Part shown: positions 1 through 10,340 of the stretch, one piece after another | Layout: every line of letters starts with the position of its first letter | Position numbering within the stretch: the stretch's first letter is position 1 | Assembly: GCF_008000775.2 (NCBI RefSeq) | Contig: NZ_CP042905.2 | Location: forward strand, 3,840,001-3,872,000 | Reading direction: 5' to 3' | Source of the DNA: Promethearchaeum syntrophicum | GTDB taxonomy: Archaea > Asgardarchaeota > Lokiarchaeia > Sigyniarchaeales > Promethearchaeaceae | Length of the DNA stretch: 32,000 nt | Translations under genes and position numbers: made by a program | The notes under the pieces: generated by a model | Databases searched by the model: none | Seen by the model: only the letters and a program-made list of their open reading frames with translations | What the model was told of the DNA's origin: nothing

Positions 1-988
1 TCAAATCTGCTCGATAATGTTCTAATTCATACAAATATTTCATTTTTTCTTCTCCCCCATTCAATTTTAAATATTCTTCGAAATTTGAAACTCCAAAAAC
101 ATATTTATCCAACCATAGTTTCAAACCCTCATCAGTCTTAGACATATCTAACCACTCACTTATCGCAACTTCATCAAAATAATATTGCCCAGGCATATTA
201 CACGGGTGAGAACCATATTTTACCTCGATGACAGCATCAACAAAAAATCCGGGAATCAACGTTTCCCAAGGTTTTTTTCTGATTTCTTCATTATCAATAA
301 TTTTTTCTGTGGTTACTACCAATTTTTTGGCTGCACGAGCTAATTCAAAGTCTTCAACTACATATCCATCATATTGACAATTCCCAAATTTATCCGCTCG
401 TGGAACATGAATAAAAACAATATCAGGATTACATGAAGGAACTAAGCAGATCGGCTTCTTTGTCCAAGGATCTTCTACGACTTTCGCAGATGATTTTCTT
501 AATGTATCTGATCCAAGCATTGTTCGTGTTGGAACAAAGGGAACTCCCATCATTCCTCCCAAGAAACGCCATTGATGCCCAGCATTACTTATCTCAGAAA
601 CGACCTTTACTCGTCCAGATTCGACTGCATTTCGTCCACATTTTGAAAGACCCCGCATTTCATGCCCAAAACAATATGCCACCTCGATTTTGCTCAGAAT
701 TCCACCTCCAATCATAACATCAATGTCATGAACACCAGTTTTACCTAACATCGTAAGGTTTCGTTTTTTTTGCCGAATCATTTCAAAAATTCCAGCCATG
801 CTCACTCTAATATGCCCAAAACCACCCATGGCAATGACATCTCCATCACTAACATATTTTGAAACAGCATCTGATAAAGACATACGCTTGTCTACTAGTG
901 CACGAGATCGTTTAGCCATCCAAGCTCGGTTTTCATCGGGATCATGCCAACCTACTAATTCCCCAGTACCTTCTTCTAAGATTTTCAT
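1..988 (-). CDS. CoA-transferase family protein, glutaconate/3-oxoacid CoA-transferase subunit A-like (truncated at window edge)
   Basis: Absent from the supplied ORF track because it runs off the edge. Manual reverse-strand translation gives an uninterrupted frame: MKILEEGTGELVGWHDPDENRAWMAKRSRALVDKRMSLSDAVSKYVSDGDVIAMGGFGHIRVSMAGIFEMIRQKKRNLTMLGKTGVHDIDVMIGGG..., with the family-like 'V.DGD.IA.GGFG..R.' N-terminus. Confidence 0.8.
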   Translation of the reverse strand, partial: MKILEEGTGELVGWHDPDENRAWMAKRSRALVDKRMSLSDAVSKYVSDGDVIAMGGFGHIRVSMAGIFEMIRQKKRNLTMLGKTGVHDIDVMIGGGILSKIEVAYCFGHEMRGLSKCGRNAVESGRVKVVSEISNAGHQWRFLGGMMGVPFVPTRTMLGSDTLRKSSAKVVEDPWTKKPICLVPSCNPDIVFIHVPRADKFGNCQYDGYVVEDFELARAAKKLVVTTEKIIDNEEIRKKPWETLIPGFFVDAVIEVKYGSHPCNMPGQYYFDEVAISEWLDMSKTDEGLKLWLDKYVFGVSNFEEYLKLNGGEEKMKYLYELEHYRADL

Positions 989-1101
989 TGATAATCACAT
1001 TAATAATTCAAGATTTAGTTGAAATCTATTTAATTTTGAATTAAAATGTTTAGAATAATCTCGGATATTGAAGTAAGAATACACTAATAAGGAAAAAAAA
1101 A

Positions 1102-1644
1102 TTACTCTAAGTTTTGAATTTTTTTATTAAGAATTGATACAATAGAATCTGGATCTTTTACTGCAGGGATATACCCTTCAGGTCTTACAATACCAGTGTA
1201 TTGATACGCCATACCTATTGATCTTACTGTTTCAATTCTAATTGTATGGATTTTTAATATTCGATCTCTCACATTTTGAAATACTTCAATATTTTGAATA
1301 TTTTTAAGTGGAATGATTAATCTCTTTCGCGTAAAAGTCCCTGAACGAATAATAAGATTTTCTTCAGAAATTTCATAAACATAATTTTTAACATAACTTT
1401 TGGATAAGAAAATGCTGAAAATTATAGAAATTGAGAAAATGAATAATATTATTCCTATTGCATAAAACCAAATATTTGGAACTGGAATTCCATTTTTCGC
1501 AATGTTATAACTGTTTATTATGATACATACTATTAGAGCAACCAAGTTTATAAAAAATGAAAGAAAAATTGCTTCTAAAACTTGGTATTTTATATAAATT
1601 GGATCAATATGCCCTACAATTGATTTTTCACTATTCGAATCCAT
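1102..1644 (-). CDS. Membrane protein with bacterial-type PH-like domain (YdbS/YdbT-like)
   Basis: Two N-terminal hydrophobic helices followed by 'YVYEISEENLIIRSGTFTRKRLIIPLKNIQNIEVFQNVRDRILKIHTIRIET', typical of the bPH2 family. Confidence 0.7.
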   Translation of the reverse strand: MDSNSEKSIVGHIDPIYIKYQVLEAIFLSFFINLVALIVCIIINSYNIAKNGIPVPNIWFYAIGIILFIFSISIIFSIFLSKSYVKNYVYEISEENLIIRSGTFTRKRLIIPLKNIQNIEVFQNVRDRILKIHTIRIETVRSIGMAYQYTGIVRPEGYIPAVKDPDSIVSILNKKIQNLE

Positions 1645-1799
1645 TTTTCTTCAAAATCTCCTCAATTTCATATTTCATTTATAATATAATCAAGGTTATT
1701 ACGTAAATATCTGTTTGCTAGTAAAAAAATTTTTCAGTTAATTTTTGATATTCTTTATATTGTACAAATTAATTAATTAATCAAAATTGGAAATATCGA

Positions 1800-2996
1800 A
1801 TGAAGAAAATGAAAGAAATATCTCGAAAAATTATTGCCACTTTCCTTATTGTCGGTACAGTTATGTCAATAATTGTGTTCCATTCTCTCGACAAAAATTT
1901 TTTTAATCCAAAAGAAAAAGGTGCATGGGTATTATGGAATGAAAACCCTGCATCAGAGGCAATTATTTCTTGGGAATCAACTAATTTAGAAGATAGTACT
2001 GTTTATTATGGTGAAAACTTAAATTTATTAAATTATTCGATTTTAAATCCCACTTTAACTGAAATTCATCATATAATACTAACAGATTTGAAATCAAACA
2101 CTAAATATTATTACAAAATCGGCTCTTCTGAAAAAATGAAAGATGAAATCAATGTATTTCAAACTGCTCCGGATAATGAAAATTCATCTTTTACTTTTAT
2201 GGCAATATCAGATACCCAACAAACTAGTTGGTCAAACGGATTTTGTGATAAAGTTGCGGGAAAACTTAAAACCAACATATTTGAATATGATTTTTTGATG
2301 AATGTGGGAGATTTCGTATGGAATGGTGAAGATCAATCAGATTGGGATGATTTTTTTAATACATATAAAGAAGTTTTTAATAAAACGGTGCTTGTTCCTG
2401 TTATTGGTAACCACGATTCCAGCTATCCCAAGGTAAACGAATCAAGTACTCAATCTAAATTTCCATCCTACTTTCCTCTCTCTTCTAACTCTAATTTCTA
2501 TGCATATTCTTTCAATTATTCAATGGTTCACTTCACCATATGCGACTTTCAATATGGTTCAGAAGATGAATTCGAAAATTTAAGACAAAGCCAATTAGAA
2601 TGGTTAAAAAATGACTTAGAACAAGCACAAAATTCTAAATATAGAATTGTCTCTTTCCATTGTCCGATAGAAGCCAGTGGATTTCATGGAATAAATGAAG
2701 ATATGGTAGAGAATTTACTCCCTATTCTTAAAACCTATAATGTTTCACTGATTTTAAACGGTCACGATCACCACTATGAACACGTCATTTGTGATGGAAT
2801 TGATTCTATAATCTTAGGAGGGGGAGGTTCATTTCAAGATCCTCATGCAATCCTAATAAACGATTGCCAAAACATGGTTTTTGGGTTAACCTACACAAGT
2901 ATATCAGTAAATAATGATTACATTCAGGTGAATACATTTACTCTAGATGATGATCTTGTAGATTCGTTTAAGATTCAATCGAGGCGCGATGATTAA
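1800..2996 (+). CDS. Secreted or membrane-anchored metallophosphoesterase, purple acid phosphatase-like with N-terminal Fn3-like domain
   Basis: N-terminal hydrophobic segment; motifs 'AISDTQ', 'GDFVWNG', 'GNHDSS', 'SFHCPIE', 'NGHDHHYE'; N-terminal 'AIISWESTNLEDSTVYYGENL'. Confidence 0.85.
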   Translation: MKKMKEISRKIIATFLIVGTVMSIIVFHSLDKNFFNPKEKGAWVLWNENPASEAIISWESTNLEDSTVYYGENLNLLNYSILNPTLTEIHHIILTDLKSNTKYYYKIGSSEKMKDEINVFQTAPDNENSSFTFMAISDTQQTSWSNGFCDKVAGKLKTNIFEYDFLMNVGDFVWNGEDQSDWDDFFNTYKEVFNKTVLVPVIGNHDSSYPKVNESSTQSKFPSYFPLSSNSNFYAYSFNYSMVHFTICDFQYGSEDEFENLRQSQLEWLKNDLEQAQNSKYRIVSFHCPIEASGFHGINEDMVENLLPILKTYNVSLILNGHDHHYEHVICDGIDSIILGGGGSFQDPHAILINDCQNMVFGLTYTSISVNNDYIQVNTFTLDDDLVDSFKIQSRRDD

Positions 2997-3604
2997 TGGC
3001 GGAGGTAGAATTTGTTATTAATGTTTTCTATTTAATGTGGGGTCTTATCCCTATTCAATCTATTTTGGTGATATTGCAGATTTGGAATTTAGATTATAGA
3101 TTTGTGAGTCCAACGCGGCACATTTCAGGATTATTAACGATAGTTGGGATGATATTTGCATGTTTAAGTTATCATGCATTTTTTGGATATTTTTATAATG
3201 TATTATTTACAGATATCGGCTCTTTTGCTACCTTGAAGTATTTTATTGTTCCTTATTTGCTCTGTGTTATAATTGGAACGATTTATTTGATTGTTGCTTT
3301 TTTTGCGGTTACTACCAGAAATTTATTAATTCTACATACTATGGTAATAATATACGAAGTTTTAGCTTATTATGTTATACTCCCCGCGTTTAAAAATGTT
3401 GATGGAGTATTTTTGGTATTTCTCCCCGTGTTTTTCTATGGATTTGAATTTCTTCCCATTTTTCAGAAGGATAAACTATTATGGGAAAATCGAGAAAAAT
3501 TCGGTCAAATTTTTAATATTTATTTAAACGGATTTATATGGTTCGTCTGTGTTATTGAACTCATCCTTCAATTAAGGGGATATTCTATAATTATATGGAA
3601 ATAG
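2996..3604 (+). CDS. Multi-pass membrane protein of unknown function
   Basis: 202-aa ORF with about 6 hydrophobic helices; start overlaps the upstream stop by 1 nt (TAATG), consistent with coupling. Confidence 0.7.
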   Translation: MAEVEFVINVFYLMWGLIPIQSILVILQIWNLDYRFVSPTRHISGLLTIVGMIFACLSYHAFFGYFYNVLFTDIGSFATLKYFIVPYLLCVIIGTIYLIVAFFAVTTRNLLILHTMVIIYEVLAYYVILPAFKNVDGVFLVFLPVFFYGFEFLPIFQKDKLLWENREKFGQIFNIYLNGFIWFVCVIELILQLRGYSIIIWK

Positions 3605-3629
3605 GAAAAAATAAATTGCTACCAAATTT

Positions 3630-6600
3630 TTAGTGCTGATCTATAAGAGGGAGAGTTATATAAAATACTGTTCCATGATCTACTCTACTTTCTATGTTAA
3701 TCGAGCCGTCAAATTTGTTCGTGATAATATGATATACCATTGAAAGCCCCAAACCCCGTCCTTTGATCTTACTAGCCCCGCTTCCAGTCTTTGTAGTGAA
3801 AAAAGGAATGAACATCTGTTTTAAATTTTTTTCTGGAATACCTCTTCCAGAATCCATGAAATTCACAACAATATGCGTATTTTTCTGTTCACCCTCTGGA
3901 AAGGATATATCAATTTTAATAAAATCTAATGTTGTCGCCCCATTTTTTTTTTCTTCAATTGCATGGATCGAATTTATCCCCAGGTTTAATAATACTTGGT
4001 TAAACTCCACAGGATTACCCTTTATAAAATAACGATTTTTGGGAATAGAATTTTCTTTTTGGATAAGTCGATTTGTTGTATTCTTCATGAAATTGATCAC
4101 TTCATCTACTATAACAGATAAATCGAAGATTTCTGCTTTTTCTTTACGAATATCTTGTGAAGAAAATTCTTGTAACTGTTTTATTATCGATTTTGCCCGT
4201 TCACTCGCCGTAGAAATATCATTTATAATGAGATTGTGTTCTTCTGATAGATGATCCGCATCCATTTGGAGTAAAGATACGTTGCCTAAAATTACTGCTA
4301 AAATATTATTAAAATCATGAGCGATACCGCCAGCAAAATTACCAATATAATCCATTCTTTGTCTAATTTCCAATTCTGCTTCAATATTTTTTTGATGAGT
4401 AAGATCCGATAAAGCTCCGATAACTTTAATTAGTTTTCCTGAAGCATCTCTGAAAAATTCTACTGAATTATGCCAATGCCTAATTTTACCATCTTTCCGA
4501 ATAATTCGAAAGTCATAATCAGCATTTTTTCTACTTTCACGGGTTATTATTACCTCAGATTTTATTCGTTCGATATCATCCGGATGTATAAATTTCATAA
4601 AAGCAGTCATTCTCTTTGGGATTTCATCGTCACCAATTTTTAAATGCTCAGCAATATCTCCAAACCAATATACTGAATGTTTTTTGACGTCATATTCAAA
4701 AATAATATCGGATACGTTTTGAGCTACTGTTCGAAAACGTTCCTTCGATACTTTAAGTGCTTCTTCATATCTATATTTTTGAGTAATATCAGATATCGCG
4801 CTAATTGCTTTTTGTGGAAGCCCGTGCGAATCTCTAATAAGTTTTGTGTTATCGCGACAATATATTATATCTCCATCTTTACGAACAAGTCTATATGTAA
4901 AATCCTTTTTATCTTCCTTAGATGCTAAGAATTTTACCATTTCTTTTTCAATAATTAACCGGTCTTCATCATGAATGAAATCATAGAATTTTTTGGGAGA
5001 TTTATTTAATTCTTTCTCAGATATTCCAAGTAACGATTCAAGACCCCCAAAAGTTTTCACATTCTTGTCATTATAATCATATTCGTAGATCAAATCACTT
5101 GTGTTTTCGGCGACCATACGAAATCTACTTTCTGATTGTTGGAGAATTTGCTCAAATTTATTTTTTTCAGTAATGTCTGAAAGAGCTCCAATAACTTTTA
5201 TTGGTTTTCCACTCTTATTCCGAATAACTCTCATAACATCACGAATATTTCGTACTTCACGATCTTTTTTTATTATACGATATTCGAGAACCATTCGTTC
5301 CTTAGTAGATGCACTTAAATCTTCAATTTGCTTGGTGATTTTTCTTTGATCTGATGGGTGTAAACGGGAAATTACTTCATCAAAATTTTTAGGTATTTCA
5401 TCAGATTTTAATCCATAGAAATTTTCTACATCTCCAAACCAAGCTATTTTTTTTCCACCTGAAGTAAATTCATATATTAGATCAGACCCATTTTCTGCAA
5501 CAATGCGAAATCTCTCTTCAGATTCACGTAAAGCTTGTTCAATAATATGTTTTTCAGTAATATCAGAAAGTGCCCCAATTACTTTTAAATGCTTTCCGGT
5601 TTCCGGGTCCCTGATAACCGTGGTTGTATCATGGCAGAAACGGACACTTCCATCTTTTCTTACAATTCGATAATCAAGATCCAAACGAGATTCTTTAGAT
5701 GCAAGGAATTTATTCGTAGCATCTCTAACTCTATCGCGATCCTCTTCAAATATAAAATCATAACTATTAGAAGGAGGAATAGGAATTTCGTCTTGAGAAA
5801 CTCCGAAGAAGCCTACAATATCTCCAAACATATTTACTTCTTCTTTCACATAATTATATTCAAATATGATATCACTTGATTTACTGGCTACAATCCGAAA
5901 TCTTTCTTCAGATTCACGAAGAGCTTGCTCGGTTGCATATTTTTCGGTAATATCATTTAAAACACCAATAACTTTTAATGCTTTTCCTGCGTCATTCCGT
6001 ATGATTTCTAAGGATCCTTGCCATAATCTCTCCTTTTCATCACTTGGGATTATTCTACATTTCAAAAATCCATGAATTTGATTTTTATCTTCTATTAGCA
6101 TTTGAATTTTCTTTTTAATCCGTTCACTATCATCCACGTGTATAAATTTAGATAATTCTTCAAAAGTTTCTGGAATTTGTTCGTTCGAAATTTTTAGCAG
6201 AAATTGAAGTTCCCCAAACCAAATAAATTTATGTTCAACAACATCATATTCATAGATTACATCAGACACATTCTGAGCAGCAATTTTAAATCTTTCTTCA
6301 GATTCACGAAGAGCTTGCTCAATTTCGATTTGATCAGTTATATCAAGAATAAAACCGTAATAATAAAGTGTATTACCAAATTTATCCAATTCATCCCATG
6401 TATGGTCAAAAATCCATCTGATCTCACCAGATTTCGTAATAATTCGATATTTCTGCAAAAAAGATTTAGTTTGATTCTTCACATGGTGTTGACTTTCTGA
6501 ACGAATTTTCGGTAAATCTTCAGGATGTACAATATCACTATATACTGTTTTATGGTTAAGAAAATCTTCTTGAGAGTACCCAAATTGAGATATATTTTCT

Positions 6601-6701
6601 GAAACATATAAAACGGGTTCATTAGGAACTGGATTCCAAATGAAAATAATAATTGGGGAATGATTAATGAAACTTTCGAAATTTAGAATATCCGATTTCA
6701 T
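3630..6701 (-). CDS. Multi-PAS domain sensor histidine kinase
   Basis: 1023 aa. One N-terminal PAS domain and five similar PAS/PAC units ('SDIIFEYDV...', 'VIGALSDITEK'), then a HisKA-like 'MDYIGNFAGGIAHDFNNILAVILGN' and HATPase motifs 'DSGRGIPEKNLKQMFIPFFTTK' and 'GRGLGLSMVYHII'. Confidence 0.95.
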   Translation of the reverse strand: MKSDILNFESFINHSPIIIFIWNPVPNEPVLYVSENISQFGYSQEDFLNHKTVYSDIVHPEDLPKIRSESQHHVKNQTKSFLQKYRIITKSGEIRWIFDHTWDELDKFGNTLYYYGFILDITDQIEIEQALRESEERFKIAAQNVSDVIYEYDVVEHKFIWFGELQFLLKISNEQIPETFEELSKFIHVDDSERIKKKIQMLIEDKNQIHGFLKCRIIPSDEKERLWQGSLEIIRNDAGKALKVIGVLNDITEKYATEQALRESEERFRIVASKSSDIIFEYNYVKEEVNMFGDIVGFFGVSQDEIPIPPSNSYDFIFEEDRDRVRDATNKFLASKESRLDLDYRIVRKDGSVRFCHDTTTVIRDPETGKHLKVIGALSDITEKHIIEQALRESEERFRIVAENGSDLIYEFTSGGKKIAWFGDVENFYGLKSDEIPKNFDEVISRLHPSDQRKITKQIEDLSASTKERMVLEYRIIKKDREVRNIRDVMRVIRNKSGKPIKVIGALSDITEKNKFEQILQQSESRFRMVAENTSDLIYEYDYNDKNVKTFGGLESLLGISEKELNKSPKKFYDFIHDEDRLIIEKEMVKFLASKEDKKDFTYRLVRKDGDIIYCRDNTKLIRDSHGLPQKAISAISDITQKYRYEEALKVSKERFRTVAQNVSDIIFEYDVKKHSVYWFGDIAEHLKIGDDEIPKRMTAFMKFIHPDDIERIKSEVIITRESRKNADYDFRIIRKDGKIRHWHNSVEFFRDASGKLIKVIGALSDLTHQKNIEAELEIRQRMDYIGNFAGGIAHDFNNILAVILGNVSLLQMDADHLSEEHNLIINDISTASERAKSIIKQLQEFSSQDIRKEKAEIFDLSVIVDEVINFMKNTTNRLIQKENSIPKNRYFIKGNPVEFNQVLLNLGINSIHAIEEKKNGATTLDFIKIDISFPEGEQKNTHIVVNFMDSGRGIPEKNLKQMFIPFFTTKTGSGASKIKGRGLGLSMVYHIITNKFDGSINIESRVDHGTVFYITLPLIDQH
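5898..6320 (-). repeat. Exact 33-nt direct repeat in PAS-PAS linkers (5898-5930 and 6288-6320), with a diverged copy near 5513
   Basis: 'aaatctttcttcagattcacgaagagcttgctc' occurs twice, encoding the E/QALRESEERF linker helix of the multi-PAS protein. Confidence 0.85.
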
Positions 6702-6851
6702 ACACGTTATTTTATAATTATTCTCACGTAAAGATTTTTCGTGATAATTTTCTAAGATTTCTTAATAAATCTTAATTCGGTTTTGGGCATTTTAAAAGTT
6801 AATAATATTCGTTTTTTTAATATGAATCAAATTTCCTTTCTCATTGCTCTG

Positions 6852-7616
6852 TTATTTCTTAAGTTTTGGTAGGAGATATACCCAAGATACAAACCAGATA
6901 CAAATAGCCAATAGATAATTCCATTCCAAAAAGGGATAAATTGCAGCCACGAATACAATTTTGGATGAAAGAATTGATGAAAACACACACCCGGCACCAG
7001 AAAATAAGAAATAAATTAAGAATCCTAAAGCTTTTTTCGAATTTCTTAAATAATTACCCAACGGGCTGTTCTTAGAAGCAAGTATGATGAAACCCAAAAT
7101 CGCAGATATATAGTAACCAACAAATGCAAATATAGATGCAAGATTATGATAAGTCCCATAATCTACTGGAATTGCGCCCACAAAACTAAACGAGACAGCA
7201 GCAATTAGAGCAAAAATAGTTGAAATTTTAGACCATAGAGGATTTATATAGAAAATCTTTTTATATACTAACAAATTGTGTGGAATATGAGCGATCCCAT
7301 TAATTAAAACTCCAATTCTCCAAACAATCCCCCCAATAGGATTTAATATTATACTACCCTGTTCACTTATCGTGTTTATGAAATAATTAAATCTAGTAGG
7401 AAATTTTGCTTGTGCTATTATCGAAACAACCGCTAAACCAAGTAAAATGCTCCATGTATAGATAAAATGCACCCAATTTTCCATTCCTTTTGAATAAATC
7501 TTTTTTTTATTTATTCCGCTTTTTAGATATATTTCTTTTTTTTTACTTTCTTTTTCATAAATTTCTTGGGGTTCAGTATTTGTATAAAAAATTTCTTCAA
7601 AATCATCATTATGCAT
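6852..7616 (-). CDS. Membrane protein, DUF998-like
   Basis: 254 aa, multiple hydrophobic helices, 'FNYFINTISEQG...' and 'GAIPVDYGTYHNLASIFAF' patterns. Family assignment is tentative. Confidence 0.65.
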   Translation of the reverse strand: MHNDDFEEIFYTNTEPQEIYEKESKKKEIYLKSGINKKKIYSKGMENWVHFIYTWSILLGLAVVSIIAQAKFPTRFNYFINTISEQGSIILNPIGGIVWRIGVLINGIAHIPHNLLVYKKIFYINPLWSKISTIFALIAAVSFSFVGAIPVDYGTYHNLASIFAFVGYYISAILGFIILASKNSPLGNYLRNSKKALGFLIYFLFSGAGCVFSSILSSKIVFVAAIYPFLEWNYLLAICIWFVSWVYLLPKLKK

Positions 7617-7962
7617 TGTTTTTGCTCTCTTTGATCGAATTATAATAATTTACTTCATTGTAAAATTGTTGTTAAAACTACATACTACTATATTGATTTA
7701 ACAAGCACTTATTATTAAATTTATGGAAAAAATTATTAAAAACCTTCTCTAAAAATCTACCAACCAAAAGATTTACGAGATAAAATAAACTCTCTATTTG
7801 TTTGAAATCAAAATTTACAATAATAATTTTCAAAGATAGGGAATAAAAAAATACTTTTCAGCTTAAATTGAATACATTAATTAAATATCCACTATACTTT
7901 CTGCATATAAATGAATATGATATTTAAATTTAAATCATTAAAGAAAAAATATTTATATTAAA

Positions 7963-8652
7963 TTAAATGAAGCGTGTTAATAATTCTCCTAACATTACTG
8001 ATCCACCTCGATTTTCTGGAGGATTTGTGGGAACATAATTATCCCAACTTCCTTTTCTTGTGATCGTTCCTTCTTCTTCTAATTTATTTAAAACTTGGTC
8101 CAAGGTTGAAGAATCAACTTTATTACCAAAAATTGCATGTAATCTCTGAAAATCAATGGAGCCAACCTCACAAATGAGGGAATTAATGACTATACTCAGA
8201 CGATATAATGCATTTCCTTCCAATTCAATTGAAATTTTGGGTTTAATTTCAAAAAATCTATCTAAAGTTTGTCGAATTAAAGCAGTTCGCGTTAAATAAC
8301 GCGATTGTCTATAAATATCCCACTCCTTAAGCGAATCTTTGTTTAATCTCAATGATATGTTCGTCAATAAGGAGGAAGAGTTTCTTTTTCCATTCTTGGT
8401 TAGGGTTTCTTCAATTTTAATAAGTTGTTTAAATTTACTACTGTTTTTTACTGCATCCATGATTTTTTTATTATCATAGTCTTCTTCCAAAGGATTTAAA
8501 GATAGATACCGATCAACTTTTGATATCAATAAACTTGATGGAGATTTCCCAATATTTGTTGCATATTGCCTCCAAAGATATTGCTCAGAAGGTAATAATT
8601 TAAATGAAATCACCCTAGGATTTCTTTTTATTTCTTTTTTTTTTTTTTCCAT
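7963..8652 (-). CDS. Putative RHH/winged-helix-like DNA-binding protein (start revised from 8820)
   Basis: Internal ATG at aa 57 gives MEKKKKEIKRNPRVISFKLLPSEQYLWRQYATNIGKSPSSLL... The longer 8820 start adds an unrelated hydrophobic segment and ends close to the divergent EF-1A gene. C-terminal 'LDQVLNKLEEEGTITRKGSWDNYVP' looks winged-helix-like. Confidence 0.5.
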   Translation of the reverse strand: MEKKKKEIKRNPRVISFKLLPSEQYLWRQYATNIGKSPSSLLISKVDRYLSLNPLEEDYDNKKIMDAVKNSSKFKQLIKIEETLTKNGKRNSSSLLTNISLRLNKDSLKEWDIYRQSRYLTRTALIRQTLDRFFEIKPKISIELEGNALYRLSIVINSLICEVGSIDFQRLHAIFGNKVDSSTLDQVLNKLEEEGTITRKGSWDNYVPTNPPENRGGSVMLGELLTRFI

Positions 8653-8840
8653 TATATCCCAATAACCATAAATTTTATATGTTTTAATAGAGAAAAACCC
8701 AGTAAGTATTACAAGTACTACAAAATTATTAAATAGATCTTTAATTTTCAAAGCCAAGATTTCAGAAAGAATCGGGAAAACAAAATTAAAATTTTTTCGA
8801 TTCTTTGTAGGAATTTTCAAAAAAAAAGTTAGTGAAAATC

Positions 8841-10145
8841 ATGGCAAAAGATAAAGACCATATGAATTTAGTCATTATAGGCCACATCGACAACGGTAAA
8901 AGCACTATGATGGGTCATCTTCTCATTGCAACGGGTGCAGTCTCAGATCGTGAAGCCCGAGAAATGGAAAAAATGGCTAAAGATTTAGATCGTGAATCTT
9001 GGAAATTTGCATATTTCCTTGACAGACTTGCAGAAGAAAGAAAAAGAGGTATCACAATTGATCTCGCCTTCCGCAAATTCGAAACAAAATCAAAATACTT
9101 TACAATCATTGATGCCCCAGGACATCAAGATTTTGTTAAAAATATGATTACAGGTGCTTCTCAAGCAGATGCTGCAATTTTAGTATTTTCTGCAAAAACC
9201 AGTGAGTTTGCTGCAGCCATTTCAGATAATGGTCAAGGTCGCGAACATGCATTCTTAGCTCGAACATTAGGTGTGAAGAAAATTATCCTCGCAATTAATA
9301 AAATGGATGATGCCAGTGTGAATTATGGTGAAGGACGTTATAACGAAGTAAAGGATGAAGTTGAAAAACTCTTAAAAATTGTTGGATACAATACTGAAGC
9401 AGATGTAATATTCTTACCAGTTAGCGCTTTTGTTGGGGATAATTTAGCCGTAAAATCCGAAAACATGAAATGGTACACAGGTCCAACCCTTGTAGAAGCT
9501 TTAAATGATCTTCCAGTACCTTCCAAACCAACAGATAAAGCTTTAAGATTACCCGTTCAAGATGTTTACAAGATCAAAGGTTCTGGTGTCGTTCCAGTAG
9601 GTCGAATTGAAACAGGAATGATGAAAGTAGGTATGAAAGTAGCTGTTGCACCAACTGGATTTGAAGGTGAATTACGTTCAATTGAAATGCACCATGAAGC
9701 AATGCAAGAGGCAGGTCCAGGAGACAACGTAGGATATAACATTCGGGGAATTACCATGAAAGATGTCTATCGTGGTTGTGTGGTTGCTGATGCAGCTAAA
9801 CCGTGTACAGTTGTTACCCCAAAAGGTTCTATTTCCACGCATGTTATCGTTATCTGGCACCCAACCGCTGTTGCAGTGGGATATTGCCCAGTAGTTCATT
9901 CTCATACTGCTCAGATTGCATGCAAGTTTATGGAACTAACAAAGAAAATGGACCCAAAGACCGGTCAAGTAACCGAAGATAATCCACAATTCTTGAAGAA
10001 AGGAGATACAGCTGTTGTAAAACTCCAACCAATTAAGAAATTCCCACTTGAACGATACAAAGATTTCCCTGAATTAGGTCGAGTCGCAGTTCGTGATATG
10101 GGTCGAACAGTTTCTGTCGGTGTTGTATTAGATTTAACCGAATAA
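8841..10145 (+). CDS. tuf: Translation elongation factor 1-alpha (aEF-1A)
   Basis: G1 'GHIDNGKST', G3 'DAPGHQDFVKNMITGASQAD', G4 'NKMD', eukaryote/TACK-like segment 'EFAAAISDNGQGREHAFLARTLGVK'. Start revised to Met4 of the ORF ('MAKDKDHMNLV'). Confidence 0.97.
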   Translation: MAKDKDHMNLVIIGHIDNGKSTMMGHLLIATGAVSDREAREMEKMAKDLDRESWKFAYFLDRLAEERKRGITIDLAFRKFETKSKYFTIIDAPGHQDFVKNMITGASQADAAILVFSAKTSEFAAAISDNGQGREHAFLARTLGVKKIILAINKMDDASVNYGEGRYNEVKDEVEKLLKIVGYNTEADVIFLPVSAFVGDNLAVKSENMKWYTGPTLVEALNDLPVPSKPTDKALRLPVQDVYKIKGSGVVPVGRIETGMMKVGMKVAVAPTGFEGELRSIEMHHEAMQEAGPGDNVGYNIRGITMKDVYRGCVVADAAKPCTVVTPKGSISTHVIVIWHPTAVAVGYCPVVHSHTAQIACKFMELTKKMDPKTGQVTEDNPQFLKKGDTAVVKLQPIKKFPLERYKDFPELGRVAVRDMGRTVSVGVVLDLTE

Positions 10146-10340
10146 GTTCGAAAATTATGAAGATAATTAATTTATCATTTTTTTTATTTCTGTTTATTTC
10201 CCAAAAACTAAATTCGCTCAATATTAAATTCAAATTTTAAAATAGTTATAGTAGGAAAAAACCAATTAAATTTAGTGAATTATGAAAAACCAAACAAAAT
10301 AAACTTAAAAGAAAAAAAATTATAAATCTTTGGGATAATA

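Noticed and set aside
433-1022. Plus-strand ORFs 433..717 and 798..1022
   Set aside because: They are antisense to a clearly coding CoA-transferase frame on the minus strand (1..988) and show no domain-like sequence.
3763-6500. Small plus-strand ORFs antisense to the multi-PAS kinase (3763, 4039, 4677, 5101, 5589, 5866, 6204 starts)
   Set aside because: The repeated PAS coding sequence on the minus strand explains these open frames. Several resemble each other only because the PAS linkers repeat.
8653-8820. N-terminal 56 aa of ORF 7963..8820
   Set aside because: Hydrophobic, low-complexity reading through the probable shared promoter region with EF-1A. The internal ATG at 8652 is more plausible.
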